Shown piece by piece: positions 40,201 through 50,307 of a DNA stretch of 64,000 bases; positions within the stretch are counted from its first letter, which is position 1, and each line of letters opens with the position of its first letter. The position numbers were made by a program, and so were the translations under genes. The notes under the pieces were generated by a model. It made no database searches. It was not told the DNA's origin and saw only the letters and a list, made by a program, of their open reading frames with translations. Source of the stretch: Ostreococcus lucimarinus (lineage: Eukaryota); assembly GCA_000092065.1 (NCBI GenBank), contig CP000591.1. One strand, 5' to 3'.

Positions 40201-43200
40201 TGCGTTTGTTCCACCTGGATGATGTGCATCGTCGAGTGTGCGATCGTTTCCTCGCGTGATTCCACAAAGGATTCGAGACCGAATGCACCCGATCGTCTCT
40301 TTCTTCGCATGACGCCTCCCTCGCGTTCAATCTGAGCTCGCTCTTTTTCGTCCTCGACGCGTTCGCGCTTGATATTTGCGCGCAGAGTTTTCCATTTGGA
40401 TTTGTAATGCTTCAACCAGCCGTCGTAATCGGTCGCTCTGTCCGGTGCCGCCGCGCTAGCGCTGGCCGAACCTGGAGTCTTCGGCGCTTCTCCAGAAGGC
40501 GTCGCCCGTTGGTCCGGCGTTTGCGGTGCATCACCATCTCTTCGAAACGTTCTAACGCGCGGACGAGTTGGCGTCGACTTGGCGCCGCCGTCCTCGATGT
40601 CGAGAATATTCAAATCTTTACCCGCAAGCGGCGCACCATTCGCGAATTGCGTCTGAAACATCGTCTTCAAGTTGCGCTGAGAAAACTTGTCATTCTTTTC
40701 TCGAATGCGCTTGTGCAACCAATCGGGATGCTTCACGTCTGGGCATGGGTTTTCTACGCCCTGTAAAGCCGCAGGGATGCTGATGATTTTCTGAATGGCC
40801 CCAGCAAGACGCGTCTTGTAGTATTCCCAATCCACCATCTCGCGCATGTTTGGCATTTCGTCGTCGGCGCCTGGAAGCGCGTCCTTGGTCCACTCCTTCA
40901 AGTATGCGCGCGCCACGGCCGTTTCGGCGTTGAAAATACTCACTGGAATAGCCCGTGCCGACGTCGGAGCTCCGAGCGGTTTCTTCGAGATGATGTACTT
41001 ACACACAAGACCCTTGTCCTTAATCAAATCGGCGCCGAGGAATTGGGACAGACGATGCGCTGTGGTGAGAGACGTCGACTTGCGATCGCCGTAATCGATG
41101 GCGGGTTTGCTCATGACGCTCGATTCAGAAATGAACTCTAAGAGCTCTTCGTCGTCAAAGTTCCTGCCTTGCGTTTTGAGCATGTCAAACCAACGATTGC
41201 CGATGTTTCCGACAGCTTTGTACACCTCTTCCAGCGTCTCGCCCTTCAAAAAGTAGTCAAACACCTCCGCTTGGAAGACTTTGATCAACTTGAGCTCGCC
41301 TCGACGCTTGAGTTCGAATCCTTTCAATTCTTCCAACGAGCCGTCCTCGTTGAACACGGCGTATCGTTTTTTAATGAGCACGCCCTCTTCCTTAGAAGCT
41401 GGAAGAATCATCGCCTTATACGGACCGTCGACTTCAAACTCGATGCTCATTTCTGAGGAAACCTCGTACGAGGACTTGCCATCGACCACCTTCAACGTTT
41501 GGTACTGGTCGTTCGTATTCTGCAGCGCAGTCATACGATTGAGAACGACGCACGGGTACGAAATCTTGTATCCTTTGTTCTTATTTGGGAGCGTAAACGT
41601 GAATGTCTCCGGGAAAGCGCGGGGCAAGCAGCACCAAATACCATCCGTATCCAATTCAAGCGGCTTGCCGATGTCATCCACCAGTTGCTTCGCCATTTGA
41701 ATAATCTTTGCACCTGTGTTCGTGACGACCCCAGCCATCTCCATCGAATACCACCGCGCGCCTTTACGCATGACGTAGCCGTAAAAGGAGTTCAAAATAC
41801 ACTTGTGCGCCAGCTGAAGCGAATCATACAACACAACCATATTTGCCGCCTTTTGGATTTCGATGATGTTCCCGCTCTGTTTCGCTTCGTCCAAATTGTT
41901 CTTCCACTTCTTATTCTCCCCTTTGTACACGTAGCGACGATCACGAAACGCCTTCACGGTGTCGATGTAGAATGGGTTTTCTCGCATGCAGATACTCGCC
42001 TTTTTCGTCGCCGTCACCGGTTTCTCCATAACCTTTCTATAAACTTTTTGCGTATACAACTTCAGGCGCTGCTTCTTCTGCTCTTGTTGCTCTTCGTACG
42101 GAAGTTCAGCCCACGTTCGTTGTGGGCCACCGGGATGAGACGGCGCAAACTTATCAACTTGCAATTGCGCCTTGATGGCGGCATACTCGCTCGACGTCGA
42201 GGCAAAGTGCTCGCCGCGCCAAACCCATTCCATCTCACGCAGGCATCCCTTACCCGGTCGGTTGTAATCGCACGCGGCGCATACATCCTCATTGACGATA
42301 GCCGCCGGCTGCAAGCGGTTCGTCAAAATAATGTTCGGGTACATTGCTGCTACGTCCAAGTGATAAATCAGCGGTTCCATGTTCAAATTTGGGTTGTCGC
42401 GAAGGTACTCGAGCTTCTCGGCGATTTGCGCACGAATCTCATCGTAATCTGCGCAGTCATCCTTCCCCAGACCTTTTCCTTCGACCCGAAGGGCGTAGTC
42501 CAAATCGTCGTCGAGATTGTCAAGTAGTCTCTGATACCCTTCTGGATTCAACTTGAAGTCGCACGGGATGTCTGAACGGAACACGCCCGCCTCGAGACAC
42601 TCCACGTGACCGCCGATGTACGTTTCACTATTCAAGAGGTGACCTTCGTAGTATTTTTCACCGGCGCTGACTTGTTTGTTCGGGCAAACGATGTTTCCGT
42701 GGTACGCCTCAACCATGAGCAAAGCCTCGCACAGGGTACCGGAACCTTTGCGAAGGACTTCGTCCGGCGAGAGCGGAATAATCGTCGACAGCGCAAAGAT
42801 GAAAGGGTGCACGTACTTCATGTACAAGTAGTACGTACTCACGGCATCGGAAACGGAATACGACGCCATCATCTGAGGGTGACTTTGCGCGTACGGTAAC
42901 ATGTCTTCCGGGTCCACTTCGACCGGATCGTACTTTAACTTTGCCTTGGTCACCGCCTTCAAGCCGTGCGATCCGGCGGGGAGGTAGGAATCGCGCTTCA
43001 CCCACGCGAAGCAATCCAGGTGCAGCGCAGAATTACTTCGACATTCACCCGACTGTTCGCACTTGAAACCAATCTCACGGTACATATCCATCCCGTTCTT
43101 AGTCGCTCTAGTTTCGATGAATGGGAAATCGAAATAATCACCGTTGTACGTGACGTAAATGCTCGGTTGCGTCTCGCGCATATGATCAAACCACGTGCGG

Positions 43201-44258
43201 ATGAGCGCTTGCTCGTTCGGCACGTTCCAAACGATGAACGGGCCTTTGTACTCGGGCTTTGGCGTGTACTCGAAATCTTCTACGTCCTCGCTCACGATTT
43301 CACGGTTGATTATCAAATACCCTTGGCCGTCCAACATGTACGAAATCATAAACACCTGGTCGTGCTCGGCGTCTGGAAACTTTAACGGAAGCTTGGTGGT
43401 TTCGATATCGAACGCGCACACGCGAACTTCACCGCGATCTAACATTTGCTCTTGCAACGTCAGCGTCACCGCGCCGTGCTCGGCGCGCACGCTGTACCAT
43501 TTCCCGCATCGCACGTCGGTGTCGATCATGTATCTCATGTGATACGGCACGTCGTACTCGCGAATGTCAATCATCGCCTCTTCGTAATCCGTCAACGCCT
43601 TCTTCTTCGGCTTGATCCCCGCGTCCAGGCTTTCCTGGTGCGACAACGCTTCGTACGCCGCCGCCGCGGACGATTTCTTCTTATTCTTGGACACTATGGG
43701 CAAGATTTCTCTGCGCACGTCCATGAGCTCTTGCGTCGTCGCGAACGAAACCTTCAAATACGTCTGCTGCAATCCGCTCAGGTGATTCTTCAAATCCAAA
43801 TCCTCCTTATCCACCATCTCCACGTCCAGCACTTGTTCGCCGTATTTCCTCCTCAACAGCGCCTCCACCTCGTGCTCGCACCCAGTCTTCGTGGCGAGAT
43901 AGAAGTACGGCGCGTACTTGACCTGCGCCTTGAACGTCGACCCGTCCTGCGCCATAAAGTAACAATTCACCGCCGCGTACGCCTTCCCGCTCTCCTTATC
44001 CTCCACTTGCGTGCTGCTCGCATTTATCATCCACCCGATTCGATCCTCCCCGTCCACGTGCGTCCCGAATCCGAGCTCCTTCTGCAGCGCGTCCTCCTCC
44101 GCCGCGACTTGCGCCTTCGTTCGTCCATCCGCGCCCGCGCCGCCGCCGCCGCCGCGTCCACCGCCGCCGCCGCGCCATCGCGCGCCGCGCGCTTCTCCGT
44201 ACAGATTCGCCTTATTCCCCGTCGTTCCACTGAACGCGGGCTTTCGCGCGGGCGCCAT
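37287..44258 (-). CDS. POLE: DNA polymerase epsilon catalytic subunit A
   Basis: 2323-aa continuous ORF. Exonuclease motifs AFDIETTK (Exo I), YNGDYFDFPF (Exo II). Polymerase motif A LDVAAMYPNIILTN, motif C ELDTDGIWC. C-terminal zinc modules CSACSDC...C and C..C. N-terminal Gly-rich extension. Confidence 0.95.
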   Translation of the reverse strand: MAPARKPAFSGTTGNKANLYGEARGARWRGGGGGRGGGGGAGADGRTKAQVAAEEDALQKELGFGTHVDGEDRIGWMINASSTQVEDKESGKAYAAVNCYFMAQDGSTFKAQVKYAPYFYLATKTGCEHEVEALLRRKYGEQVLDVEMVDKEDLDLKNHLSGLQQTYLKVSFATTQELMDVRREILPIVSKNKKKSSAAAAYEALSHQESLDAGIKPKKKALTDYEEAMIDIREYDVPYHMRYMIDTDVRCGKWYSVRAEHGAVTLTLQEQMLDRGEVRVCAFDIETTKLPLKFPDAEHDQVFMISYMLDGQGYLIINREIVSEDVEDFEYTPKPEYKGPFIVWNVPNEQALIRTWFDHMRETQPSIYVTYNGDYFDFPFIETRATKNGMDMYREIGFKCEQSGECRSNSALHLDCFAWVKRDSYLPAGSHGLKAVTKAKLKYDPVEVDPEDMLPYAQSHPQMMASYSVSDAVSTYYLYMKYVHPFIFALSTIIPLSPDEVLRKGSGTLCEALLMVEAYHGNIVCPNKQVSAGEKYYEGHLLNSETYIGGHVECLEAGVFRSDIPCDFKLNPEGYQRLLDNLDDDLDYALRVEGKGLGKDDCADYDEIRAQIAEKLEYLRDNPNLNMEPLIYHLDVAAMYPNIILTNRLQPAAIVNEDVCAACDYNRPGKGCLREMEWVWRGEHFASTSSEYAAIKAQLQVDKFAPSHPGGPQRTWAELPYEEQQEQKKQRLKLYTQKVYRKVMEKPVTATKKASICMRENPFYIDTVKAFRDRRYVYKGENKKWKNNLDEAKQSGNIIEIQKAANMVVLYDSLQLAHKCILNSFYGYVMRKGARWYSMEMAGVVTNTGAKIIQMAKQLVDDIGKPLELDTDGIWCCLPRAFPETFTFTLPNKNKGYKISYPCVVLNRMTALQNTNDQYQTLKVVDGKSSYEVSSEMSIEFEVDGPYKAMILPASKEEGVLIKKRYAVFNEDGSLEELKGFELKRRGELKLIKVFQAEVFDYFLKGETLEEVYKAVGNIGNRWFDMLKTQGRNFDDEELLEFISESSVMSKPAIDYGDRKSTSLTTAHRLSQFLGADLIKDKGLVCKYIISKKPLGAPTSARAIPVSIFNAETAVARAYLKEWTKDALPGADDEMPNMREMVDWEYYKTRLAGAIQKIISIPAALQGVENPCPDVKHPDWLHKRIREKNDKFSQRNLKTMFQTQFANGAPLAGKDLNILDIEDGGAKSTPTRPRVRTFRRDGDAPQTPDQRATPSGEAPKTPGSASASAAAPDRATDYDGWLKHYKSKWKTLRANIKRERVEDEKERAQIEREGGVMRRKRRSGAFGLESFVESREETIAHSTMHIIQVEQTQVPGIFAVWVLVNGTMQVIKVDVPRRLVIATRETDREGDLGLEGKRRITATLPRGFIAPHLYEINVQERNFASGLEIAALLADPSVIGVYEKNVPLIDRFIYNIGCVMAVKKSEQKRALDIGDESYGMNMFQMKATAEVSSYLPKLSHITFYFAGVSGDKGRGIYVLHNSRESKGTVIVHQPGKGVREVTPELWSSFMHSMSGDEQTDDEARAEAASKWNVLYARNMEQVGKHLNHAIGAYISASSGGTVLLVQAPPGAGVDPAQDTSSVREGLAGRLSALMPASGRLPIVFRPPNLSDSDLSTDAARGWQLDAAKIASARVVESAEWLKEHVEIASYAHIPVGNLKSDWWVHTADAFFARTLHDAEQVLWTGPGGEPDLGGGASAVSLSGLDDAYGASRMEVTAPGAYRSVCVELQVHHLAVCAISKSSILNDLEQGALLGFETGTKGTTRMGGHEAAGAFKTLNKLVDNWLRDATDHHNTYADQLLSQIHRWLFSPSSALRDPALKNLVELCMKKVFTLLLAELRKLQVEVVYADMRRIIIATGKHDLASASACVEGLKTALHQRELFSWLQLDRVKQWHSLLFRGPFDYAGISAVNLPGESQWHDSIAPHDSQLDPLATRNSEGALDMHWNIARFLPEAIQDHFHAIIGEFLLLPWKHDKEESDGPLHGRTPVKYRAMSDSDDSDEENSDSDVGAPVEKKPPPTPGFGHNARDLDRLEEDKVIWLEQQLESHFGPKLLRYAQDIQRVLGLAGPRSPPEHQFPSPPGANLSKKLRGTPALAFVRTVIAVLSLDARVEGPVSLLRRNALKMIQVAEFSPEAEFVEPCVSFTLRDVICSACSDCRDLDLCRDPDLAAGHWACTARDDDHGPPCGQPYDMQWIEGALVAEVNERVRKYQLQDLKCARDGRIKVGHLANRCACGGLYACSAKPGALGDDLRVFSNIADAHDFKILRDTVDWVQSNRNVATTRG

Positions 44259-44512
44259 CGCGATCGCGCGTCCGGCTGTCGCGCGCGTCGAATCAGATTC
44301 AAATCCAATCGATTCGAATCGCCCCTCGTTCGCGCGCCCGGCGTCGCGCGTCCGTCTCGCGTCCGTCGATCGACGCGCGCGTCGATCGCGGCGCGCGTCG
44401 CGTCGATTCGAGGCGCGGCGTCGACGCGTCGCGCTGTGCCGCGCGCGCGTCCGCGCGTTTTCGAGGATTTTGAATCCATGAACCCGCGCGACGGTTCAGG
44501 ACTCGTCGATGG

Positions 44513-45106
44513 GTGGGGGTCGACATCGCGTCGGCGCCCGTCGGCGGCACGACGACGCGCGCGATGCGACGCGCGCTCGCGGCGGCGACGCGCGACGCGA
44601 CGCGACGCGGTGCCGACGCGACGCGCGCGCGACGCGCGTCGGCGTCGCGAGCGCGCGACGGTGAAGGATTTTGGCGCCGCGCGGACGACGACGGCGGATT
44701 CCACGACGCGATGCCGCGCGCGCCGACGTGGTCGACGGCCGCGCTCGCGGGCGACGAGCGCGAGCGCGAGGACGACGACGCGCGCGACGACGAACTGGGA
44801 CGCGCGGCGGCGCTGGCGGTGACGGGAATGGGTGAGGGACGCGCGAGGGAGGCGTTCGCGAGGGACGTCGCGGGCGCGCTGCGGTTCGCGCGGGCGCTGG
44901 AGCGCGTGCGCGCGGACGGCGTGGAGAGAATGTGGACGACGGCGCACGGGGATGGGTTGAGGATGCGGTTCGACGGCGTCGCGCGGGTCGACGGGGAGGC
45001 GGGAGAGCGGGAGGCGGCGGCGGCGCCGCGCGAGCGGTTGTTGCGCGAGGCGAAGTACGCGCGAGGCGAATATTACGTCGCGCCGAGGAGTCGCGCGGTG
45101 GAGTAG
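44513..45106 (+). CDS. Possible small hypothetical protein (197 aa) in the POLE/MFS intergenic region
   Basis: ORF with a fairly protein-like C-terminus (ERMWTTAHGDGLRMRFDGVARVDGE..RERLLREAKYARGEYYVAPRSR). No family recognised. Could be a GC-driven spurious ORF. Confidence 0.25.
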   Translation: MGVDIASAPVGGTTTRAMRRALAAATRDATRRGADATRARRASASRARDGEGFWRRADDDGGFHDAMPRAPTWSTAALAGDEREREDDDARDDELGRAAALAVTGMGEGRAREAFARDVAGALRFARALERVRADGVERMWTTAHGDGLRMRFDGVARVDGEAGEREAAAAPRERLLREAKYARGEYYVAPRSRAVE

Positions 45107-45195
45107 CGGATCGGTTATCGTAGTTCTAGAATGTAATTTATAGTTGATACAACAGCGACGCGACGCGGCTAGGGTGGACTAAAATCTAAAACGCG

Positions 45196-46673
45196 TCAAC
45201 TGATTTTCGCGGCGGCGGTTTGCGCCTTGCGACGAATCTCGCGCGCGGTGAAGTGGAACACGCCGCCGGATATCGTCAACAGCGCCGCGTTCACGCCCAG
45301 GGCGATGGGGATGCCGACTTCGTCCGCGAGCGCGCCGAGCGCGAGCGGGCCGAGGAGCAAACCGACGTCGCCGCACGTACGGTAAATCGCGAGCGCGCTG
45401 CCGCGAATGTTCTTGGGCGAAATATCCGCGGCGTACGCCGCGGGCGCGGTGCCCATCAAGCTTCCCGAGGCGGCCCAGAGAATAGACGCCGCGGTGAACG
45501 CCGTGGGATCGGTGGTGGTGCCCATGAGCGCGACCGACGCGGCCGAGGCGACGACGCACGGCGCGATGACGGCTTTGCGACCGACGGCGTCGGTGAGCGC
45601 GCTCGCCGGGCCGAGACCGAGCAACGACGTGACAGCCATGGCGGAAAACAGCGCGCCGAGCGATTCCGGCGTGAATCCAAAGTTTTGATACGCCAAGATG
45701 GGCAGCAGCGTCCCTCGACCGCCCGCGCCCGAGAAGAAGAGCGCCGCGTTCAAGCCGCACACGGCCCAGAAATCCATCGACTTGACGAGACGACCCATCG
45801 CCGCGTCTTGCGCCGTCGCGGGGTCCACCGCCGTCGTCGTCGCCGCGCCGTCGGGCGATTTCGTCTCCAACAGCTCGTACACCTGCCCGTCCCGATGCAC
45901 CACCGGTTTACCGAACTCATCCAACTCCAGGCACATCTTCGTGTCCTCGATCGGGTGCCCGTCGCAGTACCAGTGCTTGCTCGCCGCGAACTCCCTCTCG
46001 GGCTTTACCGACTCCGGTCGCGTCTCCTCGATCCTCGCGAACGAGTACACCGACGCGAACGAGCTCAGCGCCCCCACCGCGAGAAACGGCGATCGAATGC
46101 TCATCCCATCCGCCCCCGCGATGGCGCCTCCCAGCGCCGGTCCCGCCGCCGCGCCCGCCAGCACCGCCGCCTGATTCGCCCCCAGTATCCGCGCTCGCGT
46201 GTGCCGCGTCGACAGATCCGCCAGCATCGCCGTCGCGCCGCTCATGTACATCGAGCTCCCGATTCCCGCCACCGCCCGCGCGCACAGCAGCTCGCCCAGC
46301 CCCGTCGAGCAGTAGCTCCACGCCATGCCCGCCGTCGTCGCCGCCGGTCCCGCGATCATCAGCGGCCTGCGTCCGACCGCGTCGGCGTACCATCCGCACG
46401 GCAGGTTAAACAGCAACCTCCCCGCCGCGAACGCGGACATCGTCGCGCCGATCTCCGTCGCGTTCGCGCCGAATTCGCGCGCCAGCATCGGCAGCACCGG
46501 GCTCGCGCACGCGTGCCCGGACATGAGCGCCGCGCTCGTCAGGCACACCGACGCCACCGCGGCGTGGTCGCGCGCGAAGGCGTACGCGACGCCCGAGGGC
46601 GCGGACGCGTCGCGCGCGGACGCGGCGCGCGCGTCGGTGGATTCGCGCGAACCGGCGTCGTCCGCGCTCGGTC

Positions 46674-46728
<55 letters not shown>

Positions 46729-46809
46729 CGCGCGCGACGGCGCGGTGCGCGACGCCGCGGCGCGCGCGAGGACGCGCGCGCGACGACGCGCGAGGGCGAG
46801 CGACGCCAT
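45196..46809 (-). CDS. Major facilitator superfamily transporter (12 TM) with poly-Ser N-terminus and large central loop
   Basis: Start MASLALARRR (ATG reverse-complement 46807-46809, in frame). The upstream part of the six-frame ORF to 47676 is not coding. MFS signature-like GRRPLMIAG...; paired 6+6 TM organisation (GLNAALFFSGAGG..., VGLLLGPLALGALAD). (TCG)16 poly-Ser tract at ~46675-46725. Confidence 0.8.
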
Positions 46810-46914
46810 GTGCGGCGACGACGAGACGAGACGACGTAACACCTCAAACCGACAGATCGCGACGGCGCGAGACGCGACGGAGGGCGCGCGCGACGCGAAA
46901 ACGGAGCGCGCGCG

Positions 46915-47943
46915 ATGACGGAGACGATGCGCGCGGACGACGCGCGCGACGCGACGCGAACGGCGCGACGAAGCGCGAAAGAGGCGGATGAAGACGGCGC
47001 GGGGGAGAATCAAGAAAATCGAGAGCCGACGCGCGGGACGACGAACGACGCGCGAACGGTGCGGAAAGCGCCGCGATCGATGGTCGTGCGCGAGGACGCG
47101 TCGAGCGAGGAAGACGGCGCGGACGGCGCGGGAGGGATGGGGCGCGAGGAGGGGATGGTGGGGACGACGACGCGCGCGGACGCGAGCGGGACGACGGCGA
47201 GGACGGCGAAGGGCGAACGACGAGGGGTGGCGTTTTTTGATTTGGATCACACGATCATCGACGTGAACTCGTCGTGGTTGTGGGTGAAGAGCGAGATCAA
47301 TTCGGGACGGGTGGGGATGTCGTTGATCGGGACGGCGTTGTATTGGTTTTCGAGGTACGCGTTTGGGTACGGAGACGGCGCGGAGACGGCGGGGAGGGAC
47401 GCGGCGTCGATTTACAGGGGCGAAGACGAGCGGATGTTTCGGGAACGCATCACAGAGTTTTTTCGGATGGAGCTCGCGCATCGCACGCGCCCGGGGTTCA
47501 AAGCCGTGCTGGAGGCGCACAAGGCGAACGGCGAGCGATGCGTCATGTGCACGTCGACGTGGCAACATCCCGCCGCCATCGGGGCGGAGATTTACGGTTT
47601 GGAGACGGGCGAGGCGAACGTGGTGTCGAGCATCATGGGCGTGGACGAGGATGGTTTGATGGACGGCACGATTCAAGTCGTCGCGTACGGCGACGGCAAA
47701 TACGAGACGACGAAGAAGTGGTGCGAACTCAACGGCGTGGATTTGAAGGAGTGTTACTTTTACACCGATTCCATGTCCGACGTGAAGCTTTTAGAAAACG
47801 TGGGGTACCCGGTGTGCGTCAACGCAGACGCGCGCTTGAAGAAGCACGCCGCCGAAAGGGGGTGGCCCACCGTCGACTGGGGGATGTCGGATTCAGGTAT
47901 GAAAAAGCCGAGATACGGCGCGTGTCTCTCTTGTAGCGCGTAA
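46915..47943 (+). CDS. HAD-superfamily hydrolase (subfamily IB-like, phosphatase)
   Basis: DxDxT motif VAFFDLDHTIID. Downstream ...CTSTW.., YGDGKYE..DS(M)SD motif III/IV-like. N-terminal 100 aa low-complexity; true start uncertain. Confidence 0.65.
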   Translation: MTETMRADDARDATRTARRSAKEADEDGAGENQENREPTRGTTNDARTVRKAPRSMVVREDASSEEDGADGAGGMGREEGMVGTTTRADASGTTARTAKGERRGVAFFDLDHTIIDVNSSWLWVKSEINSGRVGMSLIGTALYWFSRYAFGYGDGAETAGRDAASIYRGEDERMFRERITEFFRMELAHRTRPGFKAVLEAHKANGERCVMCTSTWQHPAAIGAEIYGLETGEANVVSSIMGVDEDGLMDGTIQVVAYGDGKYETTKKWCELNGVDLKECYFYTDSMSDVKLLENVGYPVCVNADARLKKHAAERGWPTVDWGMSDSGMKKPRYGACLSCSA

Positions 47944-48026
47944 TCGTCGTCGACGTCAGACGCATTGCCTTTGCGTTGCTGTGATTTGTTGTAACACAAA
48001 TAATTTACACATAATTTCTTCTTCTA

Positions 48027-48767
48027 TCACCACAGCGCGTGCGAGCGCAAATTCCTCACCGTCGCGTACTTCTGCTCGTCGAGACTCGTCGTCGCGCCCG
48101 CCGCGGGTTGATTTTCGACAAAGGAGCCGTACTCGCTCGCCGGCGGTTCGTACCAATCGCGCATGTGCCTCGGTAATTCACTGCGTCCGTATTCAAAAAA
48201 CTCTCCTTCGTCGTCCTCGTCGTCGTCGAACTCCTCGAAAACCTCGCCCGCCGGCGCCTCCGGCATCGCGTACGCCGCCTCCGGCGACGCGTACGCCGCC
48301 TCCGGCGACGCCTCCCGTCTCGTCCTCCCCCCAGCCAACGACTTCAACCGCGCCACCTCCCGCGCGCTCAGCGCCTCGCCCCTTTGCTCTCTCGCTCTTC
48401 GTTTCAGCTCCATCACGTCGTCGTGCGCCAAATGTTCGCCCACCTCCAGCGCCGTCGCCGCCTCGTTCGCCAGCCGCGACCTCCCTTCGTCCGCCCCTCC
48501 CGCGCCCGCGTGCGCGAGCACGTCGTCCAGGTGCGACTCCAGGTGCGCGCACAGTCGTTTATTTCGCTTCGCCTCCGCGCCGGGCCTCGGCGCGGGCTCG
48601 ACGCCCGCGCGCACGCGCGCCCAGTACTCGAGCACGGCGTCGTCGTCCTCGCGCGCGCGGTCGCGACGCGCGAGCGCGCCGCGCGCGCTCGAGGCGCTGG
48701 CGGTGATGAAAGGCGCGGGATTGCGCATGTCGTCGAACGCGCGCGCCTCGAGGACGACCGCGAACAC
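48027..48767 (-). CDS. Hypothetical acidic protein (246 aa)
   Basis: Protein-like ORF (..EEFDDDEDDEGEFFEYGRSELPRHMRDWYEPPASEYGSFVENQ..). Its antisense partner (47981-48706 +) is pure Pro/Arg low complexity. No family recognised. Confidence 0.35.
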   Translation of the reverse strand: MFAVVLEARAFDDMRNPAPFITASASSARGALARRDRAREDDDAVLEYWARVRAGVEPAPRPGAEAKRNKRLCAHLESHLDDVLAHAGAGGADEGRSRLANEAATALEVGEHLAHDDVMELKRRAREQRGEALSAREVARLKSLAGGRTRREASPEAAYASPEAAYAMPEAPAGEVFEEFDDDEDDEGEFFEYGRSELPRHMRDWYEPPASEYGSFVENQPAAGATTSLDEQKYATVRNLRSHALW

Positions 48768-49631
48768 GAGGCGAAGAGTGCGGACGCGATCGAGACGACG
48801 CGACGTAACGGCTCAAATCCGAGCGCGCGCGGGACGCGAGCGCGCCTCGCGCGCGTCCGCCGCTCGACGCGAGACGCTCAAACGAGAAGGAAAAACTACG
48901 CGACCGCTCGATCACAACTCGCAAAAATAAAAATAAACGCCTCGCTCACGCCGGAGGCGCGTCGACGCCCGCGCGGCGCAGCGCGTCCGCCATCGCGTCG
49001 GCGCGCGCGCGCGCGCGCCGAGCCTCCGCGAGCTCGATCCTCGCCCGCGCCTGCGACCGCGCGAGCGCGCGTCGCGCGCCCTCTAAAGTGGATTCATCGT
49101 CGTCGGCTTCCGAAGCGCTCGCGTCGAGCGCCTCCCGCGACGCGTCCGTCGTCGCGCTCGCGTCGTCCGTCGCCGGCGCGTCCGGCGGCGGCGTCCCGGA
49201 GCGCGCGCACGCCTCCGCCAGCGTCCGAGCGCGCGCGAGTTCCCGCTCGAGACTCGCGCGAATTTCCGCGGCGATCTCTCGCGATCGCGTCAACTTCGCC
49301 CGCGTCTCGTCCGCCTGTCGGTTCGCCGTCGGTTCGCCGCGCCGTCAGTCGCCGACCGTCGCGTCGTCGCGTCGGCGTTCGCGCGCGCGCATCGCGTCGC
49401 GCGCGCGTCGCGAAGCCGTCGCGCGCACCGTCATGGACTCGAACGCGCGCGCGTCGCCCGCGGCCGCCGCTTTCAAGCGCGCGATCGTCGCGCGCGCGTC
49501 GCCCATCGCGCCGCCGTCTGTCGGCGGCGTGGCGCTCGACACCCGGGAGTGAAAATTTGAAATTCGTCGCGAGCTGTCGCGCGGGAACTCGCGACGTCGG
49601 AACGCGACGCGCGCGCGCGAGCGAGCGAGCG

Positions 49632-50138
49632 ATGCGGACGACCGCGCGCGCGATGCGCGTCGCGACGGTGCGCGTCGCGACGACCCGACCGTCGCGCGCG
49701 CGCGCGATCCCGAAGTCGCGAACGCGCGCGCACCGACGAACGACGACGCGCGCGACGGGCGACGAGACGACGTACGACGACGCGCATCGCGTGCGCGTGA
49801 CGGCGTCGCACGACGAGACGGTGTTCGTGTACGAGTTCGACGCCGAACCGACGGCGACGGTGGACGAGGCGACGGCGCGCGACGCGACGGAGGATTGGAC
49901 GACGACGACGCGCGCCGTCGTCGAGGAGACGACGCGCGCGGTCGAGGAGACGGTCGCGGAGACGGTCGAGGAGACGATCGAGGCCGTCGTCGAGGCGGGG
50001 CGCAAGCCGGTGAGTAAGATGAAGAAGGCGGAGCTCGTGGCGTTGGCGGAGTCGCTCGGCGTCGACGCGACGGGCACCGTCGCCGCGCTTCGAGGTCGGC
50101 TCGGACCAGCCGTTCGCGGTCGCGCCGTCGCGAAGTGA
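49632..50138 (+). CDS. Rho-N domain protein (plant-type, probably plastid-targeted)
   Basis: Start MRTTARAMRVATVRVATTRPS (transit-peptide-like; ATG 49632, in frame). C-terminal SKMKKAELVALAESLGVDATGTVAALRGRL matches the Rho termination factor N-terminal (Rho_N/SAP-like) motif found in plant RHON proteins. Confidence 0.6.
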   Translation: MRTTARAMRVATVRVATTRPSRARAIPKSRTRAHRRTTTRATGDETTYDDAHRVRVTASHDETVFVYEFDAEPTATVDEATARDATEDWTTTTRAVVEETTRAVEETVAETVEETIEAVVEAGRKPVSKMKKAELVALAESLGVDATGTVAALRGRLGPAVRGRAVAK

Positions 50139-50307
50139 TTCGCGATCGTTTTGTTTTCAAGCCTTAATTTTCACGCGCGATTAGCGACGATGTAACGCGC
50201 GCTCGATCGACGCCGCTCGCCTCTCGTCGTCGCGCGTTCGATTTCGCCAGCTGACAAACGCAAGATCAGCGCGCGCGCCGCACATCAGCGCGCGCGCGCC
50301 GCGCGCC

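Noticed and set aside
44281-44330. Additional tRNA-like GTTCGAATC / TCGAATC strings (also at ~60140-60165 and ~14560)
   Set aside because: No acceptor, anticodon or T-arm pairing can be drawn around them. Only the 18692-18765 locus folds into a cloverleaf.
44027-46839. Long antisense ORFs (44027-44947 -, 45220-46839 +, 45917-46399 -)
   Set aside because: They overlap the MFS transporter or the POLE 5' region. They have Arg/Gly/Asp homopolymeric composition.
48384-49631. 5' two-thirds of the 584-aa plus-strand ORF 48384-50138
   Set aside because: Pro/Arg/Ser low complexity overlapping the minus-strand hypothetical gene. Only the last ~168 codons (transit peptide + Rho-N motif) look like a gene.
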